From assembly GCF_988242995.1 (NCBI RefSeq), contig NZ_OZ547043.1: DNA of 64,000 bases; one strand, given 5' to 3'. The position numbers and the translations under genes are program-made. The number at the start of each line of letters is the position of its first letter. Position 1 is the first letter of the stretch. Below are positions 1-12,844 of this stretch, piece by piece. The notes below the pieces were generated by a model. That model saw nothing but the letters and a program-made list of their open reading frames with translations. It did not search any database and had not been told where the DNA came from.

Positions 1-3000
1 TTTTGCCTGGGTGCTGGCAATCCTGTTGTGTCTGACAGGGACCCTGGCGATTTTCTCATTGCCCGTTGAACAATACCCCGATCTCGCGCCACCGAATGTG
101 CGAGTGACCGCTAACTATCCCGGCGCATCGGCCCAGACGCTGGAAAACACCGTGACCCAGGTTATCGAGCAAAATATGACCGGCCTCGATAATCTGATGT
201 ATATGTCGTCTCAGAGCAGTGGCACCGGCCAGGCATCTGTCACTTTAAGTTTTAAAGCAGGCACCGATCCGGACGAAGCCGTGCAGCAAGTACAAAACCA
301 GCTGCAATCAGCCATGCGAAAGTTACCGCAGGCGGTGCAAAATCAGGGCGTGACGGTGCGTAAAACCGGCGATACCAACATTCTGACCATTGCCTTCGTC
401 TCTACCGATGGTTCGATGGATAAACAGGATATTGCCGATTACGTTGCCAGTAATATTCAGGATCCGTTAAGCCGCGTGAATGGCGTCGGGGATATCGATG
501 CCTATGGTTCGCAATATTCCATGCGTATCTGGCTGGACCCGGCGAAACTCAACAGTTTCCAGATGACGGCTAAAGATGTCACTGATGCCATTGAGTCACA
601 GAACGCGCAGATTGCGGTTGGGCAACTTGGTGGTACACCTTCCGTCGATAAGCAGGCGCTCAACGCCACCATTAACGCCCAGTCACTGCTGCAAACACCA
701 GAACAGTTCCGCGATATCACCTTGCGGGTGAATCAGGACGGTTCAGAGGTAAGGCTGGGCGATGTCGCCACCGTCGAAATGGGGGCGGAGAAATACGATT
801 ATCTTAGCCGCTTCAATGGTAAGCCAGCCTCCGGGCTGGGGGTAAAACTGGCCTCCGGCGCGAACGAAATGGCGACAGCGGAGCTGGTGCTCAATCGTCT
901 CGACGAGCTGGCGCAGTATTTTCCACACGGACTGGAATACAAGGTGGCGTATGAAACCACCTCGTTTGTTAAAGCCTCCATTGAAGACGTGGTGAAAACG
1001 CTGCTGGAAGCTATCGCTCTGGTTTTCCTCGTTATGTATCTGTTCCTGCAAAACTTCCGCGCCACGCTGATACCCACTATCGCCGTGCCGGTGGTGTTGA
1101 TGGGAACCTTCTCCGTACTTTACGCCTTCGGTTACAGCGTCAACACCTTAACCATGTTCGCGATGGTGCTGGCGATTGGTCTGCTGGTGGATGACGCCAT
1201 CGTGGTGGTGGAAAACGTCGAACGTATTATGAGTGAGGAAGGACTCACTCCTCGCGAAGCCACACGTAAATCGATGGGGCAGATCCAGGGGGCACTGGTC
1301 GGGATTGCGATGGTGCTTTCGGCGGTATTTGTACCAATGGCCTTCTTCGGCGGCACCACCGGTGCCATCTATCGCCAGTTCTCTATTACCATTGTTGCGG
1401 CGATGGTGCTGTCAGTACTGGTAGCGATGATCCTCACTCCGGCTCTGTGTGCCACGCTACTTAAGCCACTGAAAAAGGGTGAGCATCACGGGCAAAAAGG
1501 CTTTTTTGCCTGGTTTAACCAGATGTTTAACCGCAACGCCGAACGCTACGAAAAAGGGGTGGCGAAAATTCTCCACCGTAGCCTGCGCTGGATTGTGATT
1601 TATGTCCTGCTGCTTGGCGGCATGGTGTTCCTGTTCCTGCGTTTGCCGACGTCGTTCTTGCCACTGGAAGACCGGGGCATGTTTACTACCTCGGTACAGT
1701 TGCCCAGCGGTTCAACCCAACAACAGACCCTGAAAGTCGTTGAGCAAATCGAGAAATACTACTTCACCCATGAAAAAGACAACATCATGTCGGTGTTTGC
1801 CACTGTTGGTTCTGGCCCTGGGGGTAACGGGCAAAACGTGGCGAGAATGTTTATCCGCCTGAAAGACTGGAGCGAACGCGACAGTAAGACCGGCACCTCG
1901 TTTGCCATTATCGAGCGTGCAACGAAGGCGTTTAACAAGATTAAAGAAGCTCGTGTTATCGCCAGCAGCCCGCCAGCAATTAGCGGTCTTGGTAGTTCTG
2001 CAGGTTTTGATATGGAGTTGCAGGACCACGCTGGAGCGGGTCACGATGCGCTGATGGCAGCACGTAACCAGTTGCTGGCGCTGGCGGCGGAAAACCCGGA
2101 GCTAACCCGTGTGCGCCATAACGGCCTCGACGACAGTCCGCAGTTGCAGATTGATATCGACCAGCGTAAAGCTCAGGCGCTGGGCGTTGCTATCGACGAT
2201 ATTAACGACACACTGCAAACCGCCTGGGGTTCGAGCTATGTGAATGACTTTATGGATCGCGGTCGCGTGAAGAAAGTCTATGTGCAGGCAGCTGCGCCAT
2301 ATCGCATGCTGCCAGATGACATCAATCTCTGGTATGTCCGAAATAAAGATGGCGGCATGGTGCCCTTCTCTGCTTTCGCGACCTCACGCTGGGAGACAGG
2401 CTCGCCGCGTCTGGAACGCTATAACGGTTATTCTGCGGTTGAGATTGTTGGGGAAGCCGCACCGGGGGTCAGTACCGGTACGGCGATGGATATTATGGAA
2501 TCGTTAGTGAAGCAGTTGCCAAACGGCTTTGGTCTGGAGTGGACGGCGATGTCGTATCAGGAGCGGCTTTCCGGCGCGCAGGCTCCGGCGCTGTACGCTA
2601 TTTCCTTGCTGGTGGTATTCCTGTGTCTGGCGGCGCTGTATGAAAGCTGGTCGGTGCCGTTCTCGGTAATGCTGGTCGTGCCGCTGGGGGTTATCGGCGC
2701 GCTGCTGGCAACCTGGATGCGCGGGCTGGAAAACGACGTTTACTTCCAGGTGGGCCTGTTAACGGTCATTGGTTTATCGGCGAAAAACGCCATCCTGATC
2801 GTCGAGTTTGCTAACGAGATGAACCAAAAAGGCCACGACCTGTTTGAAGCGACGCTCCACGCCTGCCGTCAGCGTTTACGCCCGATTCTGATGACCTCGC
2901 TGGCATTTATCTTCGGCGTATTGCCAATGGCAACCAGCACGGGTGCCGGTTCCGGTGGTCAGCATGCGGTGGGTACTGGCGTAATGGGCGGGATGATTTC

Positions 3001-3085
3001 GGCCACTATTCTGGCTATTTACTTCGTGCCGCTGTTCTTTGTGCTGGTGCGCCGCCGCTTCCCGCTAAAGCCGCGCCCGGAATAA
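1..3085 (+). CDS. acrD: RND-family aminoglycoside/multidrug efflux pump AcrD; 5' end truncated by window edge (~13 codons missing)
   Basis: ORF 11..3085 (1024 aa) with 12-TM RND transporter pattern; reading frame is open back to position 1; recognised as AcrD. Confidence 0.93.
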   Translation, partial: FAWVLAILLCLTGTLAIFSLPVEQYPDLAPPNVRVTANYPGASAQTLENTVTQVIEQNMTGLDNLMYMSSQSSGTGQASVTLSFKAGTDPDEAVQQVQNQLQSAMRKLPQAVQNQGVTVRKTGDTNILTIAFVSTDGSMDKQDIADYVASNIQDPLSRVNGVGDIDAYGSQYSMRIWLDPAKLNSFQMTAKDVTDAIESQNAQIAVGQLGGTPSVDKQALNATINAQSLLQTPEQFRDITLRVNQDGSEVRLGDVATVEMGAEKYDYLSRFNGKPASGLGVKLASGANEMATAELVLNRLDELAQYFPHGLEYKVAYETTSFVKASIEDVVKTLLEAIALVFLVMYLFLQNFRATLIPTIAVPVVLMGTFSVLYAFGYSVNTLTMFAMVLAIGLLVDDAIVVVENVERIMSEEGLTPREATRKSMGQIQGALVGIAMVLSAVFVPMAFFGGTTGAIYRQFSITIVAAMVLSVLVAMILTPALCATLLKPLKKGEHHGQKGFFAWFNQMFNRNAERYEKGVAKILHRSLRWIVIYVLLLGGMVFLFLRLPTSFLPLEDRGMFTTSVQLPSGSTQQQTLKVVEQIEKYYFTHEKDNIMSVFATVGSGPGGNGQNVARMFIRLKDWSERDSKTGTSFAIIERATKAFNKIKEARVIASSPPAISGLGSSAGFDMELQDHAGAGHDALMAARNQLLALAAENPELTRVRHNGLDDSPQLQIDIDQRKAQALGVAIDDINDTLQTAWGSSYVNDFMDRGRVKKVYVQAAAPYRMLPDDINLWYVRNKDGGMVPFSAFATSRWETGSPRLERYNGYSAVEIVGEAAPGVSTGTAMDIMESLVKQLPNGFGLEWTAMSYQERLSGAQAPALYAISLLVVFLCLAALYESWSVPFSVMLVVPLGVIGALLATWMRGLENDVYFQVGLLTVIGLSAKNAILIVEFANEMNQKGHDLFEATLHACRQRLRPILMTSLAFIFGVLPMATSTGAGSGGQHAVGTGVMGGMISATILAIYFVPLFFVLVRRRFPLKPRPE

Positions 3086-3094
3086 GCAATAAAA

Positions 3095-3125
3095 AAGGCG
3101 ACATGCCAATGTGTCGCCTTTTTCA
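3095..3125 (+). terminator. Rho-independent terminator of acrD
   Basis: GC hairpin aggcgaca-N8-tgtcgcct followed by T-run, 10 nt after acrD stop. Confidence 0.75.
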
Positions 3126-3183
3126 ACTTTCCGATTAAGAACCTGCTCAGCAGGTTCTTGCTGTTTGTACTTTGTCTCAGGAA

Positions 3184-3243
3184 TTACTTACGAAGCATAA
3201 CTTCGATAAAGTCTTTCCAGTTCCCCAGTTCACGTTCAATCAT
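3184..3243 (-). CDS. ypfM: 19-aa small protein YpfM (MIERELGNWKDFIEVMLRK)
   Basis: Hand translation of minus strand gives the exact YpfM peptide; below the 60-aa cutoff of the ORF track. Confidence 0.8.
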   Translation of the reverse strand: MIERELGNWKDFIEVMLRK

Positions 3244-3605
3244 AACAACCTCTCTTATAATTATGGGTATTCTACGGAAACAATATACCGTGGTGAAGCT
3301 AATTTACTCGATTGCTGCGATGACTACCTCCGGGGGACAAACCTTATGTAAATACTATGGTCCTGCGGTGATGATTTGTATGTGATACACAGCAACATTT
3401 CGAGATATTCATACGGCATCTAATACTGATTTAATTCTGGTTAAAATACAGACAGATAACAAGATGAATATTCTTAATGTTTACGTTAAAAATGTTTAAT
3501 ATTATTTAATAGTTGTTAATTTGAATACTTCGATAATGTTATATTTCCTGATAATCATTTGCAGGCAAAATGTTTTCACTCTTAAATGAGTATTTATTCT
3601 CATAA

Positions 3606-3980
<375 letters not shown>

Positions 3981-3983
3981 TCT

Positions 3984-5111
3984 ATGTCGTGCCCGGTTAT
4001 TGAGCTGACACAACAGCTTATTCGCCGCCCTTCCCTGAGTCCTGATGACGCAGGATGCCAGGCTTTGTTGATTGAACGTTTGCAGGCGATCGGTTTTACC
4101 GTTGAACGCATGGATTTTGCCGATACGCAGAATTTTTGGGCATGGCGTGGGCAAGGTGAAACGTTGGCCTTTGCCGGGCATACCGACGTGGTGCCGCCTG
4201 GCGACGCCGATCGTTGGATCAATCCGCCGTTTGAACCCACCATTCGTGATGGCATGTTATTCGGGCGCGGTGCGGCAGATATGAAAGGCTCGCTGGCGGC
4301 GATGGTGGTAGCGGCAGAACGCTTTGTCGCACAACATCCCAACCATACGGGGCGACTGGCATTTCTGATCACTTCTGATGAAGAAGCCAGTGCCCATAAC
4401 GGTACGGTAAAAGTCGTCGAAGCGTTGATGGCACGTAATGAGCGTCTCGATTACTGCCTGGTTGGCGAACCGTCGAGTATCGAAGTGGTAGGTGATGTGG
4501 TGAAAAATGGTCGTCGCGGATCGTTAACCTGCAACCTTACTATTCATGGCGTGCAGGGGCATGTTGCCTACCCACATCTGGCTGACAATCCGGTACATCG
4601 CGCAGCACCTTTCCTTAATGAATTAGTGGCTATTGAGTGGGATCAGGGCAATGAATTCTTCCCGGCGACCAGTATGCAGATTGCCAATATTCAGGCGGGA
4701 ACGGGCAGTAACAACGTTATTCCGGGTGAACTGTTTGTGCAGTTTAACTTCCGCTTCAGCACCGAACTGACTGATGAGATGATCAAAGCGCAGGTACTTG
4801 CCCTGCTTGAAAAACATCAACTGCGCTATACGGTGGATTGGTGGCTTTCCGGGCAGCCATTTTTGACCGCGCGCGGTAAACTGGTGGATGCGGTCGTTAA
4901 CGCGGTTGAGCACTATAATGAAATTAAACCGCAGCTACTGACCACAGGCGGAACGTCCGACGGGCGCTTTATTGCCCGCATGGGGGCGCAGGTGGTGGAA
5001 CTCGGGCCGGTCAATGCCACTATTCATAAAATTAATGAATGTGTGAACGCTGCTGACCTGCAGCTACTTGCCCGTATGTATCAACGTATCATGGAACAGC
5101 TCGTCGCCTGA
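3984..5111 (+). CDS. dapE: Succinyl-diaminopimelate desuccinylase
   Basis: 375-aa ORF, M20 peptidase motifs ([15 protein letters not shown]). Confidence 0.95.
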
Positions 5112-5138
5112 TGAGTGGTTCTGCAAGAGGAAATAAGC

Positions 5139-5339
5139 ATGGACTGGCTGGCTAAATATTGGTGGATTCTGGTGATTGTCTTTTTGGTAGGCGTCCTGCT
5201 GAACGTGATTAAAGATCTCAAGCGCGTCGACCATAAGAAATTTCTCGCCAACAAGCCGGAGCTTCCCCCGCATCGTGATTTCAACGATAAGTGGGACGAT
5301 GACGACGACTGGCCGAAAAAGGATCAACCGAAGAAGTAA
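5139..5339 (+). CDS. ypfN: Small membrane protein YpfN (UPF0370)
   Basis: ORF 5115..5339; start chosen at MDWLAKYWW giving 66 aa; one TM helix and acidic C-terminus. Confidence 0.85.
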
Positions 5340-5344
5340 GCTGA

Positions 5345-5430
5345 GCGGCCGGATAAGGCGTTAACGCCGCATCCGGCAATGGTGAACGATGCCTGATACG
5401 ACGCATCACGCGTCTTATCAGGCCTACCCG
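5345..5430. repeat. REP/BIME extragenic palindromic repeats
   Basis: gccggataaggcgttaacgccgcatccggc and gcctgatacgacgcatcacgcgtcttatcaggcctac motifs. Confidence 0.8.
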
Positions 5431-5437
5431 GTTATTA

Positions 5438-6136
5438 TTACATCATTTCAATCACATCATCATCGCCAGGCTTACCGCCGCTTAGCGCTTCGTCGAAATA
5501 ATGTTTCGGAATGGTATAACGCAAGTGATCCAGGGCAAATTGCATACTGCGATTGTCGATCGCATGGCCTAAATCCTCCACGATATCCAGCGTCACGTCA
5601 CCACCGGCATTGATTAACGCTTCCTGCGCCGCAACCGCATGCGCCAGATCGATAACCGGATCTTCACCACCATGAATCAAGTGAATTGTCGTGGCTGTAG
5701 ACGCGGTTTCCGGCAGGCTCGCGTAGCGTCCGTTGAAGGCAATGACGCGCGAAGCAAGGCCCGGTTCGGCTTTAATGCTCTCCAGCGCCATAATCGCGCC
5801 TTGAGAGAAACCGATTAGTGCCGTGGCGTTAGCCCCTACTCCGCTCTGTTTCTGCCAGTAGCGCACCGTTTCAATAAACGTCGGCATGATGGCATCCACA
5901 CGTGCCTGGCGATTATCTTCCGTAATACCCTGCACCGAAAACCACTGACGCCCCGCCGGATTACCGCTCGGCTCCGCGCCTCCGACACTCACCACCAGCG
6001 CATCAGGAAATAGCGGCGCAAACCAGCTGCCTATTTCCCCCATTGCCACCGGGTTATCCCCGACACCGTGGAAAAGCAGTAACAACTGTTGCGCAGGTTT
6101 ATCCGGGCTTTGAACAACAAAATGGTCATGTTTCAT
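5438..6136 (-). CDS. ypfH: Esterase YpfH (alpha/beta hydrolase)
   Basis: ORF 5438..6160; start set at MKHDHF (232 aa); GFSQG nucleophile elbow. Confidence 0.9.
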   Translation of the reverse strand: MKHDHFVVQSPDKPAQQLLLLFHGVGDNPVAMGEIGSWFAPLFPDALVVSVGGAEPSGNPAGRQWFSVQGITEDNRQARVDAIMPTFIETVRYWQKQSGVGANATALIGFSQGAIMALESIKAEPGLASRVIAFNGRYASLPETASTATTIHLIHGGEDPVIDLAHAVAAQEALINAGGDVTLDIVEDLGHAIDNRSMQFALDHLRYTIPKHYFDEALSGGKPGDDDVIEMM

Positions 6137-6209
6137 GGCGAACTCCTTAACTGATGTCATTAATTTTACGCCGCTGACTCACAATGACCATGGGAGAAAA
6201 TTGAAGGAG

Positions 6210-8225
6210 TCAGTGAAAAAATTGCCATTGCGTTATGCGATCGCGCAGACGCTCAGTGCGAACATCATTAAGTGCGAACAGCGCCTGCGCGGCTTCTTCG
6301 CGTTGACGGACCAGTAACAGCTTACGGCCTGAAAGTTTAAGTGTGGTACATAACTGCGCGTCACTGGCGTTTTTCTGTAAACGCGCACGCAGCGCCGGTA
6401 ATGCCAGTTCGCTGGTTTGTAACAGACGCATTAAGCAACCTAACGACGTTAATAGCGGACGATGAGCGAAAGCAAAACCGGCCAGTTCAAGCCAGTCGTC
6501 GTCAGAAAGGACGGCATCGTTTAGTGGATCAACAGGAAGCATTTCGCCATTCCACTGCGCGAGAGCTTGCGCATCGCGACGTAAACGGTAATGCTCACGT
6601 TCAGCCAGCTGTTTACCCGCATCACTCATCGGTAACAGCGCCATCGCCGTATAGCAACCGCTGCTGGCTTCACGATGATTACCCATTCGCACCAGCACAA
6701 AACCGCAGCGTTGCCAGAAACGCCATAACTCCCCGGTGTAACCAAAACTCACCGAAAGATAGTCGAGGTCACGCGTATATTGCAAAGCACCAGCAATAAG
6801 TTGCCGCCCTGTGCCTTCCCGCTGACGCGCCGGATGAACTGCTATCCGGCTGACCCGCCGTCCACGCAATGTCGCTGCCAGTGGATTGCTGCCGTGCGCC
6901 GCCAGCGACTGGGCCACCAGATTACCCCGAGGGCGACGAAAACCTGCCCATACCGCCTGACTGAGTTGTTGAGATAATCCACCCTCATCCACCAGCCACA
7001 GCGCCCCGGCAATCTCGTTGTCGCCAGCCGCCTGTAAAAAATGTTGCCCTGGTGCATCCATCATCCGGCGTAAATCCAGCGGCGAGGTCCGGTAGTGCGC
7101 ACCAGACAATAGCTGATAAACCTTTAACGGCGTTTCTGGCTCGCTTCGCCATAACGTTTGTTCAAATGCGGAAATGACGATATTGCCTTGTGGTGTATGG
7201 GTGAAGTTTTCATCGTCAAAAACCAGTGCCTCACTAACCATTTTTTCCAGCGGGCATCCCTGCGCCCAGCGGATCGGCTGTTGTAGTTCAAAACGGTGTA
7301 AATGCGGAAAGCGAGCGCAAAATTTCAGCAAAAAACCACGTCCGGTGCCTTCGTAGCCCTGCACCGTAGTGGTTAACAACGTTCGAGGAAAACGCGATAC
7401 CAGTTGATGCAACAACGGCGCAGGTATAGCTGCGGCTTCATCGACCACCAGCCAGTCGGCTTGCTCATCGCTGGCTAACAAGGCATCCGGTGCAATAAAG
7501 CGAAACTTCTCGCCCGCAAATTGTGCCAGTACATCCGTTGCCGCTTTTGCGGGCGCGGTGACAATCGCACTGCCCGCAATACGAGAAATGAGTTGCCCTG
7601 CCAACGCCGATTTACCGCGCCCACGCGCAGCCGTTACCACCACCACGCCCAATGGCATGGTCAGTAGCTGCTGTAAGAGTTGCTGTTGTTCTGGTTGTGG
7701 TGCGCCGGTCGCGGGGTGCCAGTCAGTACGGGGAGCAAAATGCACCAACGTGAACGGCTGGTTTTGCCGCCAGAGGATGGCGTCGTTATTCGCCGTAAGT
7801 ACACGTTTGAGATGCTGGACAAAATGCGGCGTCGCAATAGGGTCAGGGCAATCACTCCAGCGCAGCGAGTCGGCATCAGGTTGGTTTTCCCACTCTTCCC
7901 ATACAGGGAGTAACAAAACCAGCCAGCTTCCCGCTTTCAACGTTCCGCTAAGTGCTGCAAAGGCAGCGGCATCAAAGCCGTGGCGGGCGTCGAATACCGC
8001 ATGCCGGAATTCGCGCCCAAGTAAAGTTTGTAGCGCCGAGGGAAAACAGTGGTTTTCAGCGACTGGCTGCGGCGAAATCCACAGCCAGTCGCCAGGTAAA
8101 GCATCACGCAACTTAAGCGCATGATCAAAACACCAACCCTCTTCCCCGCTCAACACCAGCAAGCGGCGGATCCCTTCACGTTTCATTTGCGCTGTTAATG
8201 TGTGAAGCGCAGTCAGTTCAGCCAT
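6210..8225 (-). CDS. tmcA: tRNA(Met) cytidine acetyltransferase TmcA
   Basis: 671-aa ORF with Walker A (GRGKS) helicase-like domain plus C-terminal GNAT region. Confidence 0.9.
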   Translation of the reverse strand: MAELTALHTLTAQMKREGIRRLLVLSGEEGWCFDHALKLRDALPGDWLWISPQPVAENHCFPSALQTLLGREFRHAVFDARHGFDAAAFAALSGTLKAGSWLVLLLPVWEEWENQPDADSLRWSDCPDPIATPHFVQHLKRVLTANNDAILWRQNQPFTLVHFAPRTDWHPATGAPQPEQQQLLQQLLTMPLGVVVVTAARGRGKSALAGQLISRIAGSAIVTAPAKAATDVLAQFAGEKFRFIAPDALLASDEQADWLVVDEAAAIPAPLLHQLVSRFPRTLLTTTVQGYEGTGRGFLLKFCARFPHLHRFELQQPIRWAQGCPLEKMVSEALVFDDENFTHTPQGNIVISAFEQTLWRSEPETPLKVYQLLSGAHYRTSPLDLRRMMDAPGQHFLQAAGDNEIAGALWLVDEGGLSQQLSQAVWAGFRRPRGNLVAQSLAAHGSNPLAATLRGRRVSRIAVHPARQREGTGRQLIAGALQYTRDLDYLSVSFGYTGELWRFWQRCGFVLVRMGNHREASSGCYTAMALLPMSDAGKQLAEREHYRLRRDAQALAQWNGEMLPVDPLNDAVLSDDDWLELAGFAFAHRPLLTSLGCLMRLLQTSELALPALRARLQKNASDAQLCTTLKLSGRKLLLVRQREEAAQALFALNDVRTERLRDRITQWQFFH

Positions 8226-8239
8226 CCCTGCCCCGGAAG

Positions 8240-9103
8240 TTAAATGCTTTTACCAAAAGTATTGCATTGTGCCGGATCGCCGCTGTCGAAACCACGTTTA
8301 AACCAGCTGTAGCGTTGCTGAGAAGTACCATGAGTGAAACTGTCTGGTACTACTCGCCCCTGACTTTGCTGTTGTAAACGGTCATCGCCGATGGCCTGCG
8401 CCGCATTCAGCGCCTCTTCCAGATCGCCGGTTTCCAGAACGCCTTGCTGCTGCATGCTATGCCCCCAGACACCGGCAAAACAGTCGGCCTGGAGTTCCAT
8501 ACGCACAGATAAGCGGTTCACTTCCGCCTGCGTCGCGTTTTGTTGCAGTTGACGAACTTTCGGCTCGATGCCTAACAGTTTCTGCACATGATGACCGACT
8601 TCATGGGCGATAACGTACCCCTGGGCAAAATCGCCATCCGCGCCAAGTTTGTCTTTCATGTCATCATAGAAGGAGAGATCGATATAAACCGTGCCATCCG
8701 CCGGGCAATAGAACGGTCCCATAATGGACTGGCCCGCCCCGCAGCCGGTGCGCGTCATTCCACGGTACATGACCAGCTTCGGTTGCTGATAGGTTTTACC
8801 CATCTTCTCGAATTGCTGTCCCCAGGTGTCTTCCGTGGTTGCCAGAATCACCGAAGTGAATTTTGCGGCTTCGTCTTCATTAGGACTAATTGACCGTGTT
8901 GATTGCTGTTGGGAAACCGGCTGTCCGGTCATCAACCCGGTTAAATCAACGCCATAGTAGCCTGCAACCAGCACGATTATCAGTAAAATCAGCCCGCCTT
9001 TACCGCTTGGCAGGCGAAAACCTGGACCGCCCATTGACGGACCACCAGAGCTGTTGCGCCTGTCTTCAACATTGTCACTTTCACGTCGCCCTTGCCAACG
9101 CAT
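8240..9103 (-). CDS. ypfJ: Putative zinc metallopeptidase YpfJ
   Basis: 287-aa ORF with N-terminal TM segment and HEVGHH zinc-binding motif. Confidence 0.88.
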   Translation of the reverse strand: MRWQGRRESDNVEDRRNSSGGPSMGGPGFRLPSGKGGLILLIIVLVAGYYGVDLTGLMTGQPVSQQQSTRSISPNEDEAAKFTSVILATTEDTWGQQFEKMGKTYQQPKLVMYRGMTRTGCGAGQSIMGPFYCPADGTVYIDLSFYDDMKDKLGADGDFAQGYVIAHEVGHHVQKLLGIEPKVRQLQQNATQAEVNRLSVRMELQADCFAGVWGHSMQQQGVLETGDLEEALNAAQAIGDDRLQQQSQGRVVPDSFTHGTSQQRYSWFKRGFDSGDPAQCNTFGKSI

Positions 9104-9270
9104 AGATACCTCAACAATATATTCATTATAGAAATGATCGTAGGTGGTTCAGAGGAAGATTACCACAGGAAAGCGGGATGAAATGGCGGAGGAATGAGCG
9201 TTCAATGCACATCTTCCGAGAGCGGTTGTCTTGCCGTGCCAGCTGCACGGCAAGATGATGAACAGAAAAA

Positions 9271-9984
9271 TCAGTCCAGCTGTACACCCAGGCGGCGGGC
9301 GACGGCTTCATAGGCTTCGATCAGGCCACCGAGGCTCTGGCGGAAACGGTCTTTGTCCATTTTCTCCAGCGTTTCTTTGTCCCACAGGCGGCTGCCGTCC
9401 GGGGAGAACTCATCGCCCAGTACCACTTTACCTTTGTACAGGCCAAACTCCAGTTTAAAGTCGACCAAAATCAGACCAGCATCATCGAACAGTTTTTTCA
9501 GCACGTCGTTCGCTTTGTAGGTCAGCTCTTTCATACGCGCCAGGTTCTCTTTACTTACCCAGCCAAAGGTTTCGCAGTAAGATTCGTTGACCATCGGATC
9601 GTGCATGGCGTCGTTTTTCAGGAACAGATCGAACAGCGGCGGGTTCAGCTCAATACCTTCTTCGATTCCAAGACGTTTCACCAGAGAGCCAGCAGCACGG
9701 TTACGCACGACACACTCAACCGGCACCATATCCAGCTTTTTCACCAGACATTCGGTATCGGAGAGCAGACGCTCCATTTGAGTCGGGATACCCGCTTCAG
9801 CCAGTTTGCTCATAATGAAGTAGTTGAACTTGTTGTTCACCATACCTTTGCGATCAAACTGCTCAATGCGCGCGCCATCCCCTGCTGACGTATCATTGCG
9901 GAATTCGAGCACCAACAGGTCCGGGTTTTCCGTGCTGTATACGGTTTTCGCTTTACCACGATACAACTCAGCTTGCTTTTGCAT
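9271..9984 (-). CDS. purC: SAICAR synthetase
   Basis: ORF 9271..9993; start at [13 protein letters not shown] (237 aa). Confidence 0.95.
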   Translation of the reverse strand: MQKQAELYRGKAKTVYSTENPDLLVLEFRNDTSAGDGARIEQFDRKGMVNNKFNYFIMSKLAEAGIPTQMERLLSDTECLVKKLDMVPVECVVRNRAAGSLVKRLGIEEGIELNPPLFDLFLKNDAMHDPMVNESYCETFGWVSKENLARMKELTYKANDVLKKLFDDAGLILVDFKLEFGLYKGKVVLGDEFSPDGSRLWDKETLEKMDKDRFRQSLGGLIEAYEAVARRLGVQLD

Positions 9985-10037
9985 CTTTATCACTCCTGGG
10001 TGTGAATTAACGTTTTAAAATCTTTTGCTGTCTGGTG

Positions 10038-10086
10038 TGCCGGATGTTTTGTCAGATGCGGCAAGAACGCCTTATCCGACCTACGT
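10038..10086. repeat. REP-like palindromic element
   Basis: tgccggatg ... gatgcggcaagaacgccttatccgacctacg. Confidence 0.6.
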
Positions 10087-10137
10087 CCGACAAACAAATT
10101 TAGTGCGAATTACCGCTAAAATCGCGTTTTCCTGCCG

Positions 10138-10153
10138 ACGCACACGTTTGCGT
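10138..10153. promoter_or_regulatory. PurR operator (PUR box) upstream of purC
   Basis: Palindrome acgcacacgtttgcgt (reverse complement acgcaaacgtgtgcgt) matching PurR box consensus. Confidence 0.7.
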
Positions 10154-10196
10154 ATCATATCAGAAAAAAGGGCCGGATGACTCCAGCCCTGTATTT

Positions 10197-11231
10197 TTAC
10201 TTGCTAAACGCAGCCTGGAAGACAGCTACCAGCGCGTCGTTCTGACTCTGAGTCAGAGTATGACCTTTCGGATCGATGAACTGTAGGCTGCTGCGGTTAT
10301 CTAAATCGCCAACCTGCAGTTTATAGTCACCGGATGCCAGGCCTGGATCGCTCGCGCCCAGTTCCTGCCAGTCGCTGTCAGACAGCGGCTTGTAAGTTAC
10401 GGCCATGTTACCCTGCGAACGGGTGCTGTCGGTCACTTTCATGCCCACTTTTTCCAGCGCCGCTGGCAGACGTTGCCAAACCACATTGAACGGCCCGCGT
10501 ACGACCAGCATCGGTAAACCGGTGTCATCAGCTGCACTTTGTACGTCCATAGTGGTGGAGGCACGATTTTGCGCAGCGTTCGCGGCGTCAGTGGCAGATT
10601 TATCCAGACCGGCGGAAATAACGTTCATCATCTCCGTGCTGTAACGCTGCATGGAAGCCGCGTCTGCAACCGGTTTGCCCGCCTGTTCCAGGTTCAGCAG
10701 TTTAACCGTAACCGCCTGCTGATAACCCTGCGGCTTAACAGAGATTTGATAACGACCACGATACTGCTCGTCTTCGTCCAGACGGTTCCATTGTACCCAA
10801 TCGGTGGTCAGTGTCTGACCAGCATCATCACGTTGGGTGATGGTGTAGTTTTTCGCCTGCAGCACGCTAACCACCTGCGGCCACAGAGTATTGCCACGAC
10901 CATTTTCCACCAGCAATGAAGCGGTATCGCCCGTGAACTGGGTACGCGCGCCAGAAACCAGTGCCAGCGGCTGGGCTGGTGGACGAATGTCCAGCGCCTT
11001 ACCGACAGCACCACTACCGTTGGTCACCGGGATTGCATAATCACCGGAGGTCACCGGCAAAATCATTCCAGCCGGGGCATGAAGCTCCGCAAGCGGTGCC
11101 GCTTCCAGGTAGGCTTCATCACCACTGACCTGACGCTTATAGCGTGAGTCAGAACTACAGGCAGCGAGTAATAAAACAAGCGAAACACCCGCAACCTTTG
11201 CCAGGCGCGACTTTTGAACAGAGTAAGCCAT
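10197..11231 (-). CDS. bamC: Outer membrane protein assembly lipoprotein BamC (NlpB)
   Basis: ORF 10197..11234; lipobox LLAAC in signal peptide; 344 aa from second Met. Confidence 0.93.
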
Positions 11232-11247
11232 CAAATCTCCCTAAACT

Positions 11248-12126
11248 TTACAGCAAACCGGCATGCTTAAGCGCCGCTCTGACCGTCTCACGACCACTGT
11301 CGGTGATTGGTGTCATTGGCAGGCGCAGCGTATCGGTCGCCACAAGACCCAGTTCCTTACATGCCCATTTCACCGGGATTGGATTGGGTTCGACAAATAG
11401 TTTGTTGTGTAATGGCATCAGACGCTGATTAATAACGCGTGCCTCGGCAAAATGCCCTTCTGCTGCCAGTTTGCACATCTGGGCCATATCACGCGCTGCG
11501 ACGTTAGCCGTAACGGAAATAACCCCATGACCGCCTAATTGCATGAAGTCCAGCGCGCTCGCATCATCGCCGCTCAGCAGAACAAAATCATCTGAAACCA
11601 GCTCTTTGATCTGGTTTACACGCGTTAAGTTCCCTGTTGCCTCTTTGATTCCGATAATATTTTTTACTTTCGCCAGACGGCCCACCGTTTCCGGGAGCAG
11701 ATCGCAGCCAGTACGGGACGGCACATTATACAGAATTTGCGGCAGGTCAGTATGTTCAGCGATGGCTTTGAAATGCTGATACAAACCTTCTTGCGACGGA
11801 CGATTGTAGTAAGGGGTTACCGTCAGGCAGCCGACGATACCACTGTCATTGAAGCGCTGCGTCAGGCTAATGGCTTCCACAGTAGCGTTAGCGCCGGTCC
11901 CGGCAATCACCGGAATGCGCCCGTCAGCCAGCTCCAGCGTCATCATCACCACATCAGCATGTTCGTCATGATTTAAGGTAGCGGACTCGCCAGTGGTGCC
12001 AACAGAAACGATCGCCGAAGTACCGCTGGCGACATGATAATCAATCAGTTTTTTCAAGCTAGCCCGACAGACATTACCTTTTTCATCCATCGGAGTAACA
12101 ATCGCGACAATACTTCCCGTGAACAT
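11248..12126 (-). CDS. dapA: 4-hydroxy-tetrahydrodipicolinate synthase
   Basis: ORF 11248..12144; start at [13 protein letters not shown] (292 aa). Confidence 0.95.
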   Translation of the reverse strand: MFTGSIVAIVTPMDEKGNVCRASLKKLIDYHVASGTSAIVSVGTTGESATLNHDEHADVVMMTLELADGRIPVIAGTGANATVEAISLTQRFNDSGIVGCLTVTPYYNRPSQEGLYQHFKAIAEHTDLPQILYNVPSRTGCDLLPETVGRLAKVKNIIGIKEATGNLTRVNQIKELVSDDFVLLSGDDASALDFMQLGGHGVISVTANVAARDMAQMCKLAAEGHFAEARVINQRLMPLHNKLFVEPNPIPVKWACKELGLVATDTLRLPMTPITDSGRETVRAALKHAGLL

Positions 12127-12271
12127 GGGCCATCCTCTGTGCAAACAAGTGTCTCAATGGTACGTTTGGTATGGCATTAAAAGCAAGCAGACAGAACCGT
12201 TCTGATTGTTGTATGCATGTTTTTTTTATGCTTTCCTTAAGAACAACTCACCCCTTAAAGGAATAACCAGT

Positions 12272-12844
12272 TTGACACTGTCATCGCAACATTATCTGGT
12301 GATCACTGCGTTGGGTGCCGATCGCCCTGGAATTGTGAACACCATCACCCGTCATGTCAGTAGTTGCGGCTGTAATATTGAAGACAGTCGCCTGGCGATG
12401 CTGGGAGAAGAGTTCACGTTTATCATGCTGCTTTCCGGTTCATGGAATGCCATTACTCTGATTGAATCAACGTTACCGTTGAAAGGTGCCGAGCTGGATC
12501 TTTTAATCGTGATGAAGCGCACGACGGCGCGTCCGCGTCCGCCAATGCCAGCATCTGTCTGGGTTCAGGTCGATGTGGCAGACTCCCCGCATTTAATTGA
12601 ACGCTTCACAGCACTTTTCGACGCGCATCATATGAACATTGCGGAGCTGGTGTCACGCACGCAACCTGCTGAAAATGAACGGGCTGCGCAGTTGCATATT
12701 CAGATAACCGCCCACAGCCCCGCATCTGCGGACGCAGCAAATATTGAGCAAGCGTTCAAAGCCCTATGTACAGAACTCAATGCACAAGGCAGTATTAACG
12801 TCGTCAATTATTCCCAACATGATGAACAGGATGGAGTTAAGTAA
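12272..12844 (+). CDS. gcvR: Glycine cleavage system transcriptional repressor GcvR; probable TTG start
   Basis: ORF 12206..12844; LTLSSQHYLVITALGADRPGIV matches GcvR N-terminus, start inferred at the TTG codon (190 aa). Confidence 0.85.
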   Translation: MTLSSQHYLVITALGADRPGIVNTITRHVSSCGCNIEDSRLAMLGEEFTFIMLLSGSWNAITLIESTLPLKGAELDLLIVMKRTTARPRPPMPASVWVQVDVADSPHLIERFTALFDAHHMNIAELVSRTQPAENERAAQLHIQITAHSPASADAANIEQAFKALCTELNAQGSINVVNYSQHDEQDGVK

